DNA of 33,654 nucleotides from the NCBI GenBank assembly GCA_020435025.1, contig JAGRAG010000091.1, forward strand, positions 1 through 33,654, read 5' to 3'. Under the pieces are notes generated by a model that was not told the DNA's origin, made no database searches, and saw nothing but the letters and a program-made list of their open reading frames with translations. The DNA is from Bdellovibrionales bacterium. GTDB taxonomy: Bacteria > Bdellovibrionota > Bdellovibrionia > Bdellovibrionales > UBA1609. Positions 23,095-31,142 of the stretch are shown in pieces (position 1 is the first letter of the stretch; each line of letters starts with the position of its first letter). The position numbers and the translations under genes were made by a program.

Positions 23095-24309
23095 ATGAAA
23101 TTATTTGCTGTCATTTTAGTTTGTAGCTTCCTGCTTTTCAGGCCTCTAGCATATGCAAACAGTCAATGTGATCGATCCCTTTTTCCTAAGATTTTCCAGA
23201 ATATCCAATTTAATTCATGTTTAAGTAGTGCCGACTGGTCTGACTGTTTCCAAGGAAATTTAATTCCTGCTTCTGCGATCTATATAGTCACGGGTGGGAC
23301 CTACTCTTATTTGCAGGTACTTAGATCTGTTCCACAGAGTACTACTAACGTGAATCTTTTAAAGATAGGTATAGAGCTTGATAAGTTGAAGGTGGCTCTT
23401 TTTAAGAAATATGGACCTGAATGGTATAAAATGGTTGAAAGCTCAAGTGCCCTCTATGCAGTAACTGGAGAAAAGGCATTTAAAAATGCCGCTTTAGATA
23501 CCCTTAGGCGAATGGGGGCAGATAGTGCAAAAATTGAAAAGCTTCTCTCTCAAATAGGAAAATCTGCAGCCGTTGAAAGAGGATTGATTTGGACGGGGCG
23601 TGGATTGGCATTGATTGGTGGATCTCTAGGTACAGCCATCTTATTCGGATTATCGCCAAGTGATGTAGACTGTTCTTCGGAAATCATTTCTCAATATTTT
23701 GAGCATGATAGTAGCTGTCAGCCAACTCACCAGATTGGACCTAATGCGTTTAAACTTTTTTCTCTACCCGAGGCAGAAAGAAATAAGCTTATGGATGCAT
23801 ATCCCTCCTTATGTACAATCTATGAAAAAATAGGGCAAAAATTGGAATCCAATATAAAAGAGATTCTCCAGTTAGAAAAACCTCATCTACAGTGCCAAAC
23901 CGACTCATCATTTCAGTTCGCATTCACACGTGATGGACAAGATCACTCACAAAAATACTCATTTTTTCCAAATGGAAAAATAAAAAGCATTGTGACTCGG
24001 CGAAGTGATTTAGATAGAGACGTGACCCTTGAGTTTTCCGATACGGGTCGAGGAAAGACTTCTTTGGATCGAATTAAATTTAAGGGAAATGCCACTGGTC
24101 TACCAGTCTCCATTCTTTTGAAATACGCATCTGAAAACTATTTGGGAAATCAAAAGTATATAGAGGCCGGTTTGCAGGAAATCCCAATTGTTCAGCTTTA
24201 CGGTCCTCTTGCAAAGTCATGCTGTTCAAGTGGGAGAGGCTGTGAGGGACTTGTCAGCGCCGCCCGAGACTCTGAATCACCTTCAAAACGACAACCCTCT
24301 GACCGATAG
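23095..24309 (+). CDS. Secreted protein of unknown function with one internal hydrophobic segment
   Basis: Signal peptide MKLFAVILVCSFLLFRPLAYA|NS. It has several Cys and a hydrophobic stretch GLIWTGRGLALIGGSLGTAILFGL. I recognise no motif. Confidence 0.45.
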   Translation: MKLFAVILVCSFLLFRPLAYANSQCDRSLFPKIFQNIQFNSCLSSADWSDCFQGNLIPASAIYIVTGGTYSYLQVLRSVPQSTTNVNLLKIGIELDKLKVALFKKYGPEWYKMVESSSALYAVTGEKAFKNAALDTLRRMGADSAKIEKLLSQIGKSAAVERGLIWTGRGLALIGGSLGTAILFGLSPSDVDCSSEIISQYFEHDSSCQPTHQIGPNAFKLFSLPEAERNKLMDAYPSLCTIYEKIGQKLESNIKEILQLEKPHLQCQTDSSFQFAFTRDGQDHSQKYSFFPNGKIKSIVTRRSDLDRDVTLEFSDTGRGKTSLDRIKFKGNATGLPVSILLKYASENYLGNQKYIEAGLQEIPIVQLYGPLAKSCCSSGRGCEGLVSAARDSESPSKRQPSDR

Positions 24310-24554
24310 AAATTTCTCACTTGAAGGTTCTGTAGACACCTTTAATATCTCCAATATCTTGCAGCTGCCATGGTTTCGTATCAAAAAAGAGCACCCTAAT
24401 TAAAAATGAGTCGTGTTATCTACTGCTATCAGTCTCCCTAGGATTTGGCTTAAATTGCCAGTTTTGGTTCCTCAATCAGCTACTTTTTATCCGGCATGGG
24501 GAGTCAATCTTTCTGCAATAGTTCTGGTAGATAAAAATTCAGCCAGTCAGACGA

Positions 24555-24582
24555 TTGCTTCCGTAGAAATTCGATTTATAAT
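24555..24582 (+). promoter_or_regulatory. Candidate sigma70-type promoter for the AspH-like/PIN operon
   Basis: TTGCTT (24555-24560), a 16-nt spacer, then TATAAT (24577-24582), 33 nt upstream of ATG 24616, which has a GGGGG SD-like tract. Confidence 0.35.
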
Positions 24583-24615
24583 GAAAGCTCAATTTTTCGT
24601 CTCTCGGGGGATGTT

Positions 24616-25386
24616 ATGTTTGATCTAAAAGAATTTCCAACAAGTCTTCAAAAATTTTATCACGACAACAATGATTTGCGTCCGCATTTAGAACCTCAAC
24701 CCAATAAAGACTCCCAATGGATCTATCAACAAAGTGATATCCCATGGCTAAAGCTCAACATCGACACGCCTCACGAAGAGATGTACCGCGAAGCAAAATC
24801 ATGGATTGATGAAATGGTCCCACAAAATTATAAGGAGCTTTTTGACAACCCTGTCTTAGATGGTGAATTCCCTAATCAAAAGGGATGGAATACCATTTGC
24901 GTCCATGGAATTGGACCTAAACATTTTGATAGGGGCTACATGTATGGATACGGTCATGAAGATGAAGTGCCATATATATGGACAGAAGTGGCCGATCAGT
25001 GTCCCATCACTAAAGAGTACTTGCAGTCTTTGCCGTATGAAAAGCTCTATCGTGCTCGATTCACGATGCTGGCACCGGGAGGCTATGCAGCTCCTCATAT
25101 AGGTCGGAAAAAAGCGGCGAGCCACAGCCGAAAAATCAATGTCGCATTAAATCATCCAAAGGGCTTTCACTTTCATCTAGAAGGTCAGGGGCCCATTCCC
25201 TGGGAACCCGGTCGAGCCCACTTGATTGCTGCTGATGATTTTTATCATGCCGTATTTAATCAAAGTGACGAAGTTCGAATTCATTTGATCACAATGGGAA
25301 AGCCTGACTTCAAACGTCTTGAACCCTTAATCCAAGAGTCCTACTATTCAGATGACCCCTTTGGGTACAAGAACTGGGAGGCGTGA
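24616..25386 (+). CDS. Aspartyl/asparaginyl beta-hydroxylase-family (AspH/LpxO-like) 2-oxoglutarate/Fe(II) oxygenase, soluble
   Basis: KGWNTICVHGIG ... QCPITKEYLQSLP ... ARFTMLAPGGYAAPHIG ... RKINVALNHPKGFHFHLEG..IPWEPGRAHLIAADDFYHAVFNQSDEVRIHLI matches the family pattern (L.PG..i.pH.G ... l.v.g....W..G....fDd...H.a.N.s...R..L). This includes the H-x-G first ligand motif known for AspH. No TM segment is present. Confidence 0.7.
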   Translation: MFDLKEFPTSLQKFYHDNNDLRPHLEPQPNKDSQWIYQQSDIPWLKLNIDTPHEEMYREAKSWIDEMVPQNYKELFDNPVLDGEFPNQKGWNTICVHGIGPKHFDRGYMYGYGHEDEVPYIWTEVADQCPITKEYLQSLPYEKLYRARFTMLAPGGYAAPHIGRKKAASHSRKINVALNHPKGFHFHLEGQGPIPWEPGRAHLIAADDFYHAVFNQSDEVRIHLITMGKPDFKRLEPLIQESYYSDDPFGYKNWEA

Positions 25387-25616
25387 TGGCAAAGATTGAA
25401 ATCGAGGTGTCAGAGGAGATTTATTCTCTCTTCCAACAAGAGCCTGAGTATTATCAAAATCTCCTACGTGAACAGCTTACTAAAGCCTGTCGTCAGCGGC
25501 ATCGCAATCCGACTGATTGGGTTAAGACGCTGACTCGACTAAAAACCCCGGTGTGTAATTGGACGGACTTGGAGCAACAAATATTGCGTGGGGCCCTTGG
25601 GGAGCAACGTGACTGA
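25386..25616 (+). CDS. Small (76-77 aa) acidic/basic protein, possible RHH-type antitoxin/DNA-binding partner or hydroxylase substrate
   Basis: ATG 25386 overlaps the TGA of the hydroxylase gene (gTGATGg). The N-terminal AKIEIEVSEEIYSLFQQ looks like an RHH strand-helix. The C-terminal half has two Cys and NPTDW / NWTD motifs. The functional call is weak. Confidence 0.4.
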   Translation: MAKIEIEVSEEIYSLFQQEPEYYQNLLREQLTKACRQRHRNPTDWVKTLTRLKTPVCNWTDLEQQILRGALGEQRD

Positions 25617-26061
25617 AAAAGTTTATCTGGATAGCAGTCTTGGTTTTTATGGGGCAGGGAATATTGGCTACCGCTGGGCTGTTAAAGTGATTAATGCGGT
25701 TTCTGGGAGATTTGTCCATGTCAATACAGACTGTTTTTTCTTTTTGGATCTTATGGATCAACACTACTATCAAAATGACTTCCAAGGAATAAACACTCAC
25801 TTCCAAACGTTTCAAAAGATTCTTCCTCGCGTAGAGGCTGTGACCGTTGCTGACTTTGATCAATCCTACCTTTTATTTAAAGAATATCCCAACGCCAGCC
25901 CTCGATTGTTGCTCGTCGGAGCCATCATGAAACGGCTGGAAATTCGAAAAATTGTTACGACATTTAGTTCAGGGATGGAAAAATTCTCTTTTTTTGAAAG
26001 AACAAATTTAATGACCGTATTAAATGAAATGAAATTGAGTCGTAGGGTGTTAGAAAAATGA
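25609..26061 (+). CDS. PIN-like domain protein, paralog 1 (active site apparently degenerate)
   Basis: I prefer GTG 25609, with GGAG at 25600-25603 and an 8-nt overlap with the upstream stop, over the track start 25588. VYLDSS supplies the beta1 Asp. It aligns colinearly with the next two genes, but the 3rd and 4th acidic positions are Leu and Ser (SPRLLLVGAIM; TTFSSG). Confidence 0.45.
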   Translation: MTEKVYLDSSLGFYGAGNIGYRWAVKVINAVSGRFVHVNTDCFFFLDLMDQHYYQNDFQGINTHFQTFQKILPRVEAVTVADFDQSYLLFKEYPNASPRLLLVGAIMKRLEIRKIVTTFSSGMEKFSFFERTNLMTVLNEMKLSRRVLEK

Positions 26062-26516
26062 GCCCTTTGCTAATCGATTCTAATATTCCCATCATAGCTT
26101 CAGAACAGATCGGCGAAGCCTGGGCAACGGTGATCCTGAACGAAGTGGCCAAAGGAAATTGTCCGGCGTTCACTTCTGTTTTGTACTGTTTGGAAATTTT
26201 AGAATCCTATTGGCAACAGGAAAAGGCCTTTGAAGGACGTGTTCTTTACAAAAATTTTAAAAGCCTATTGGATGATCAAATTCTTCCTCTGACAGTTGAA
26301 GATTTTGATCTTTCTGAATCCCTTTTTAAAAGAACACCGCACTTGCCCCCTCGCGATTTGATTCATTCTGCTGTAGCCATACGCCATCAAATGACGGATC
26401 TCTTTAGTATTGATGGTCCAACTTATACAGACATCGAAGAAGTGCGCTGTGTGACACTCAACGAACTTCTACGACAGCTCAAATTGACAGGAGACTATAT
26501 CGATGAACGCAACTGA
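26058..26516 (+). CDS. PIN-like domain protein, paralog 2 (all four canonical acidic positions present)
   Basis: ATGA overlap with the upstream gene. D7 (LLIDSNI), E46 (YCLEILE), D100 (PPRDLIHSAVA) and D119 (LFSIDGPTY) have VapC-like spacing. The size (152 aa) is typical of PIN toxins. Confidence 0.55.
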   Translation: MSPLLIDSNIPIIASEQIGEAWATVILNEVAKGNCPAFTSVLYCLEILESYWQQEKAFEGRVLYKNFKSLLDDQILPLTVEDFDLSESLFKRTPHLPPRDLIHSAVAIRHQMTDLFSIDGPTYTDIEEVRCVTLNELLRQLKLTGDYIDERN

Positions 26517-26931
26517 TGAGAGGACCTTTCTTGATCCCAACTTTATGAGCTATTTGGTCCAGCAAGGAGAGAGTTTTAACGACGTTCTGTCTCAATTACA
26601 AAAATCCTTTCCCAAGTTGTGTACGGACGTGCGCTGCCTCCAAGAAGTCGTCTATCGCTATCATCTGATGGGAGATACCGAATTGGGCTCCAAAAGGGCG
26701 ATGGAAATTCGTCAGTCCATAGAGGTGTTTCCTATTGATCAAGATGTTTTAGGTAAAATGGAAGAGCTTATGGAGCTCTACCCCAAACATCCTCCCAGAG
26801 AACTCCTTCATTCTTCGGTGATGTTATTGCAGAAGGTCCGATTCATTATTTGCTCACCAGAGAGTCACTATCATGAAATTGAAGAAGTAAATTCTGTTTC
26901 TCCTATTAGTAAAGCCAGTCAAAGAATCTAA
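26503..26931 (+). CDS. PIN-like domain protein, paralog 3 (partly degenerate)
   Basis: It overlaps the upstream gene by 14 nt. The motifs are FLDPNF, CLQEVVY, PPRELLHSSVM (Glu for Asp) and IICSPESHY (4th Asp position is Pro, with an adjacent Glu). It shares the ...EIEEV motif with paralog 2 (TDIEEV). Confidence 0.45.
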   Translation: MNATDERTFLDPNFMSYLVQQGESFNDVLSQLQKSFPKLCTDVRCLQEVVYRYHLMGDTELGSKRAMEIRQSIEVFPIDQDVLGKMEELMELYPKHPPRELLHSSVMLLQKVRFIICSPESHYHEIEEVNSVSPISKASQRI

Positions 26932-27090
26932 AAACTCGACGAAAGGGAAATTGTCGAAGTATATTGTTTTGCCATGTTCTGTGGGCGATCGGTTTATGAC
27001 TCATTTTCATCTGTTTTAGAGCTTTTACGAATAAAAGGAAGAACATCTTTCCTGTTCCGTGATGTTTCATAAGCTTCTATTTATAACCAT

Positions 27091-27119
27091 TTGAAGACCA
27101 AGGACAAACAGTGTATTCT
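27091..27119 (+). promoter_or_regulatory. Weak candidate promoter for the PP-loop/reductase/ligase operon
   Basis: TTGAAG (27091-27096), a 17-nt spacer, then TATTCT (27114-27119). Confidence 0.2.
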
Positions 27120-27176
27120 CACTGACCTCGTAAACGTCCAGTTGTTGTCTTGTACGATCTTTTTTACTCTCAGGAC

Positions 27177-28322
27177 ATGAGCCTATCGAGTGCAGAAGTC
27201 TTTAAAAAAGAAGCCGTTAGAACTGAATGGATTGCCAGAAATCTTTGGCCTTGGATTCGTCCTTTATTTAAAAAATATCTAAGTCCTAGATGCAAACGTT
27301 GTGTCAATAATGTTCATTACAGTCGATTGAACGAAGAAGGTCTCTGCGAGCACTGCCTGCAGTTTCACCCTGAAAGCGCAGACAAAGATATTCCCGCTGA
27401 ATGGTCAGAAGAGCTGCATCAACTCTTAGCAAATCCACCGAAGACAGGCGGTCCATATGATGCCCTACTGCTCTTTAGTGGCGGTAAAGATAGCTCCTAC
27501 ATGCTTCATCGCTTAAGAAATGAGTACTCTCACTTAAGAATACTTCTTCTTTTTGTCGACAACGGCTTTTTGAGTCCCGTTGCTATTCAAAATGCCGAGT
27601 CTGTTGCACAAAGGTTTTCTATGGATTTCGTTCGTTGGACGATCAATAAAGACTTTGTTAAAAAGGTGTTTCAAAAGTCATTTCATAACATTAGAAATCA
27701 GAAATCCTACAGCATCGTCGATTTGATGGACGGACAAATGACCTTTGATACAGCAAGAAATCTGGCTTTGCATATGAAAGTTCCCATTGTTCTTTGTGGA
27801 CTTGGACGTGTTCAGTTAGAGAATGTTTATGGTCGAATTGGCTTTGAAATGTCAGAAGATCAAGAAAAAAATCCTTTCGAAACCCAACTGGGAAAAAACC
27901 TGACTGAGGAATTCACCAATGATGAATTGTCGTACTGGTATCAACGCCCTCAAGATCCATCAGATTTTCGACCCCGATTTGTTATGCCATTAGTGGTATG
28001 GGATCCTAGTGAAGAAGAAATTTTAAAAGTGATAACGGAGCAAGGGATGTTAGAGTTGTCCTCAACGAGTCCTCTTGTGACAAACAATCAGATCATTCCT
28101 CTAATAGGAATCTCTGAAGTGAATTTATTAGGTTATAGCACCTTCGAAATAGAGTTTTCCAAAAACCTAAGAGCTGGAAAAATTGAACGATCCTACTGGC
28201 TCAATCTATTTGAGATGCTTGAACTTTCCGCAAAAACTGGAAAGTTCCTTGGGGCCACCATTGTGAGTACTTTGGAGAGACTCCATCTGACCTCATCTGA
28301 CTTGGGATGGTCAAAACGTTAA
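27177..28322 (+). CDS. PP-loop ATP pyrophosphatase with an N-terminal Cys4 zinc ribbon, resembling N-acetyl-sugar amidotransferases (WbpG/LfnA/PseA-like)
   Basis: CKRCVNN...EEGLCEHC zinc-ribbon-like motif, then ~35 aa later DALLLFSGGKDSSYMLHRL (SGGKDS = nt 27477-27494). This is the same architecture I recall for WbpG-type amidotransferases. ATG 27177 is preferred over TTG 27150. Confidence 0.6.
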   Translation: MSLSSAEVFKKEAVRTEWIARNLWPWIRPLFKKYLSPRCKRCVNNVHYSRLNEEGLCEHCLQFHPESADKDIPAEWSEELHQLLANPPKTGGPYDALLLFSGGKDSSYMLHRLRNEYSHLRILLLFVDNGFLSPVAIQNAESVAQRFSMDFVRWTINKDFVKKVFQKSFHNIRNQKSYSIVDLMDGQMTFDTARNLALHMKVPIVLCGLGRVQLENVYGRIGFEMSEDQEKNPFETQLGKNLTEEFTNDELSYWYQRPQDPSDFRPRFVMPLVVWDPSEEEILKVITEQGMLELSSTSPLVTNNQIIPLIGISEVNLLGYSTFEIEFSKNLRAGKIERSYWLNLFEMLELSAKTGKFLGATIVSTLERLHLTSSDLGWSKR

Positions 28323-28331
28323 GGGGATAAG

Positions 28332-29450
28332 ATGGGACGCTATTTGATAACAGGTAGCAGTGGGGTGGTGGGAAGTCGTTGTGCTGTTGAACTTCTCCAT
28401 CGAGGCCATTATCTGATATTATTTCTTCGCCCACGAAAGAGTCAGTCCATTGAAGATCGATGGCAATCCATAGCTCAATTTTATAAAATCGATAAACGTT
28501 TCGATTCCCAAGTTCAGCTCGTTCAATGGGAAATGAGTAAAAAAGATCTAGGACTGGATTCGCAGACAGCTCAAAAAGTATTTTCAAATATTGATGGTGT
28601 TATCCATGCTGCAGCGAGTGTTCATCTCAATCAGACTATTGAACAGGCCAGAGAAAACTCGTTAGAAAGTACGAAAACCTTATTCCAATTACTGCGGCGA
28701 TGGTCTTCTCCCGAAAGAGTTCAGAAAATAGAATATGTATCCACCGTCGGTGTTTCAGGAAGAAGTTCTTTGCCTTTGAAAGAAGAACCTGTAAGGTCAC
28801 TCCCTGAGTTTCATAACACTTACGAACAGGCAAAATTTGAAACAGAGCTTTTTGTTACTCAATCAAGAAGAGAGGGATGGACGGTTACCATTCATCGGCC
28901 CAGCATGGTGGTCGGTGACAGTTTAACAGGAGCCATTCTTTCGTTTCAGGTATTTTACTATATCTTAGATTACATAGCCGGAATAAGATCCAACGGCTGG
29001 GTTCCGGATCTTAAAGAAAAAACTTTGGATATCATTCCTGTCGACTACGTAGCACTGTCGATTGTCGAATCCCTTTTGAATCCAAAGAGCGCCATTGAGA
29101 TACTTCATCTCTGTTCAGGACCGGACCAAGCTCAATCACTAAAACAGTTGCAAACACGGTATCGACAATTTCTTCAGACACATCGAATTTCAATAAGTTC
29201 ATTAAAAGTTCTCTCTCCTCGGCTATTAAGAAGTCTCTATCAAGTCGGAGCTCTGATACCCTTTTTACCTCAACAGAAGAAGTTTCGAGCAGCACTCCCT
29301 TTACTCGACTATTTACAAACGGAGCAGAGTTTCGAAAACAAAAAGAGCTTGCAACACCTCGAGCAGTTTCACATCAATTTGCCCGATCCTAATCAGTATC
29401 TTGATCCCATTTTATCTATTTGGATGGAGCAACAAAATGGCCGAGTCTAA
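28332..29450 (+). CDS. SDR-family thioester/fatty-acyl reductase (NAD_binding_4 / 'male sterility' type)
   Basis: ITGSSGVVGSRC (GxxGxxG), VIHAAASVHLN, NTYEQAKFETE (YxxxK) and IHRPSMVVGDS are typical of terminal thioester-reductase/fatty acyl-CoA reductase domains. Confidence 0.7.
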   Translation: MGRYLITGSSGVVGSRCAVELLHRGHYLILFLRPRKSQSIEDRWQSIAQFYKIDKRFDSQVQLVQWEMSKKDLGLDSQTAQKVFSNIDGVIHAAASVHLNQTIEQARENSLESTKTLFQLLRRWSSPERVQKIEYVSTVGVSGRSSLPLKEEPVRSLPEFHNTYEQAKFETELFVTQSRREGWTVTIHRPSMVVGDSLTGAILSFQVFYYILDYIAGIRSNGWVPDLKEKTLDIIPVDYVALSIVESLLNPKSAIEILHLCSGPDQAQSLKQLQTRYRQFLQTHRISISSLKVLSPRLLRSLYQVGALIPFLPQQKKFRAALPLLDYLQTEQSFENKKSLQHLEQFHINLPDPNQYLDPILSIWMEQQNGRV

Positions 29451-31131
29451 GTCTCCAACCCACTCTTTACTGCAAGTTATCAAAGACAAAGTGGATTCAA
29501 GTCCTGAAAAAGAGATTTTTTTCGAAAAAATTGGGGATCAGTGGATCGGTTATAGCTATCGGCAATTGGCGACAGCAATAGAATTCATGCGAAGAGCATT
29601 GGTAAAACGGGGAGCAGGCCATGGAAGTTTTATTGGTTTGGTCAGCACCACCTCATTTTTAGGAGAAGTGCTCGACAAGGCGATTCAATCTATAGGAGCT
29701 ATTGCAGTTGGTTTGCCAAACCAGTTAAGTGTTTTAGAAATGAATTCAACTTTACATACAATTCGCCTGAGCGGAGTGATCTGCCTTGATGAAATCTCTT
29801 ACAATGAATGGACAAAGGCCGATGCAATAGATCCTTTTTGGATTTGGAGAGCCGAAGTATCTTGGCCATCTTCTAAGAATGATTATTTGAATTTTGAGGA
29901 ATGGATCATTGATCCTCAAGCTGACGCTGCTCTGATGATGACTTCTGGTACAACAGGAGATCCAAAATCCATCGTTTTCACGCAAGAACAATTATATCAA
30001 AGCGGAAATGCGCTGATTCCGCAATTAGAGATGATCTTCAAGACAGAAAAGCCAACAAAATCGATCTCCTGGTTACCAACTTACAATGCAACAGGAAGAT
30101 TGCTTCACACACTTTCTCTAATCAAAGAGGTTCCACTGTACTTTGTTAAGGATCCTAGGAACATAGCTAATTCTATTTATGAAATCGAACCGACCGTCTT
30201 CTTTGCCCCTCCAAGGTTTTATGAAAAAGTGTATCAAGAAATTACAAATCAAATTCGGAAAAAGGGACTTATTATTGAGCATCTATTTCATTGGTCAGCT
30301 GTTATCAAGAAATGGCCAATTCTAGGAGCTTGGTTTGATACTAAGATCTTCAAGACTCTAAGATCTAAAGTATTTGGGTCGAATATCCAATATCTTTTCA
30401 GTGGCTCTGCACCTCTTAGGCAAGATATTTTAGCTTTTTTTATCAAGATAGGATTGCCCATCTATGAGTGCTACGGAATGACAGAGATCGCTCAACTGAT
30501 TGCGATCAACACTCCGGACCAGAGGCGTTGGGGATCAGTGGGAAAAATCACCAATGGACAAAACGTTATCATATCAGATGAGGGAGAAGTTCTGATAAAG
30601 GGACCCACCGTCTTTAACGGATACTTGAAGGACCCTTCCCCTCAGTATTTTACCAAAGAAGGATTTTATAGATCAGGAGACCTTGGCTATCTTAAAGATG
30701 ATTACATCTATCTGACGGGACGTAAAAAAGAGATCATAAAAACGTCGAATGGCCAAAGAGTCTCTCCCCAACAAATTGAACATTTTTTTAGTGAAATAGA
30801 AGAAATCGATTTTTTGATCGTCATTGGTGACAATCTACCGTATTTAACTGCTCTGATCTCTGTAGATCCCATCCATTTTAAAGAATATAAAAAAATGTAC
30901 GGTTCTAATGCGGAAAAAAATATCAGAAAAGAGCTTCAAGTTAAAATAGATAAACTCAACTACACACTATCTAAAAAAGACAGGATACATGGCTTCATAC
31001 TCATCAAAGATCCGCTCTCTTTAGAAAAAGGACAGATCACAAGATCTCTAAAAATTCGAAGAGAGCAACTCATCAAAGACTTTCAAAAAGAAATTCACAC
31101 TCTTTACGCTGTAGAAGAGTCTACAGGATAA
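29437..31131 (+). CDS. AMP-forming acyl-CoA synthetase (long-chain fatty acid-CoA ligase type)
   Basis: MMTSGTTGDPKSIVF, YECYGMTE, SGDLGYL..DYIYLTGRKKEIIKTSNGQRVSPQQIE. ATG 29437, with GGAG upstream and a 14-nt overlap with the reductase gene, is preferred over the track start 29401. Confidence 0.9.
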   Translation: MAESKSPTHSLLQVIKDKVDSSPEKEIFFEKIGDQWIGYSYRQLATAIEFMRRALVKRGAGHGSFIGLVSTTSFLGEVLDKAIQSIGAIAVGLPNQLSVLEMNSTLHTIRLSGVICLDEISYNEWTKADAIDPFWIWRAEVSWPSSKNDYLNFEEWIIDPQADAALMMTSGTTGDPKSIVFTQEQLYQSGNALIPQLEMIFKTEKPTKSISWLPTYNATGRLLHTLSLIKEVPLYFVKDPRNIANSIYEIEPTVFFAPPRFYEKVYQEITNQIRKKGLIIEHLFHWSAVIKKWPILGAWFDTKIFKTLRSKVFGSNIQYLFSGSAPLRQDILAFFIKIGLPIYECYGMTEIAQLIAINTPDQRRWGSVGKITNGQNVIISDEGEVLIKGPTVFNGYLKDPSPQYFTKEGFYRSGDLGYLKDDYIYLTGRKKEIIKTSNGQRVSPQQIEHFFSEIEEIDFLIVIGDNLPYLTALISVDPIHFKEYKKMYGSNAEKNIRKELQVKIDKLNYTLSKKDRIHGFILIKDPLSLEKGQITRSLKIRREQLIKDFQKEIHTLYAVEESTG

Positions 31132-31142
31132 AATCGATGAAG

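Noticed and set aside
24188-24628. Two 71-aa ORFs (24188-24403, 24413-24628) in and around the 306-bp spacer upstream of the AspH-like gene.
   Set aside because: The first is an out-of-frame read-through of the end of 23095-24309. The second starts at GTG, overlaps the predicted promoter and RBS of the next gene, and has no SD. Their composition is not protein-like. The interval is better interpreted as a regulatory spacer.
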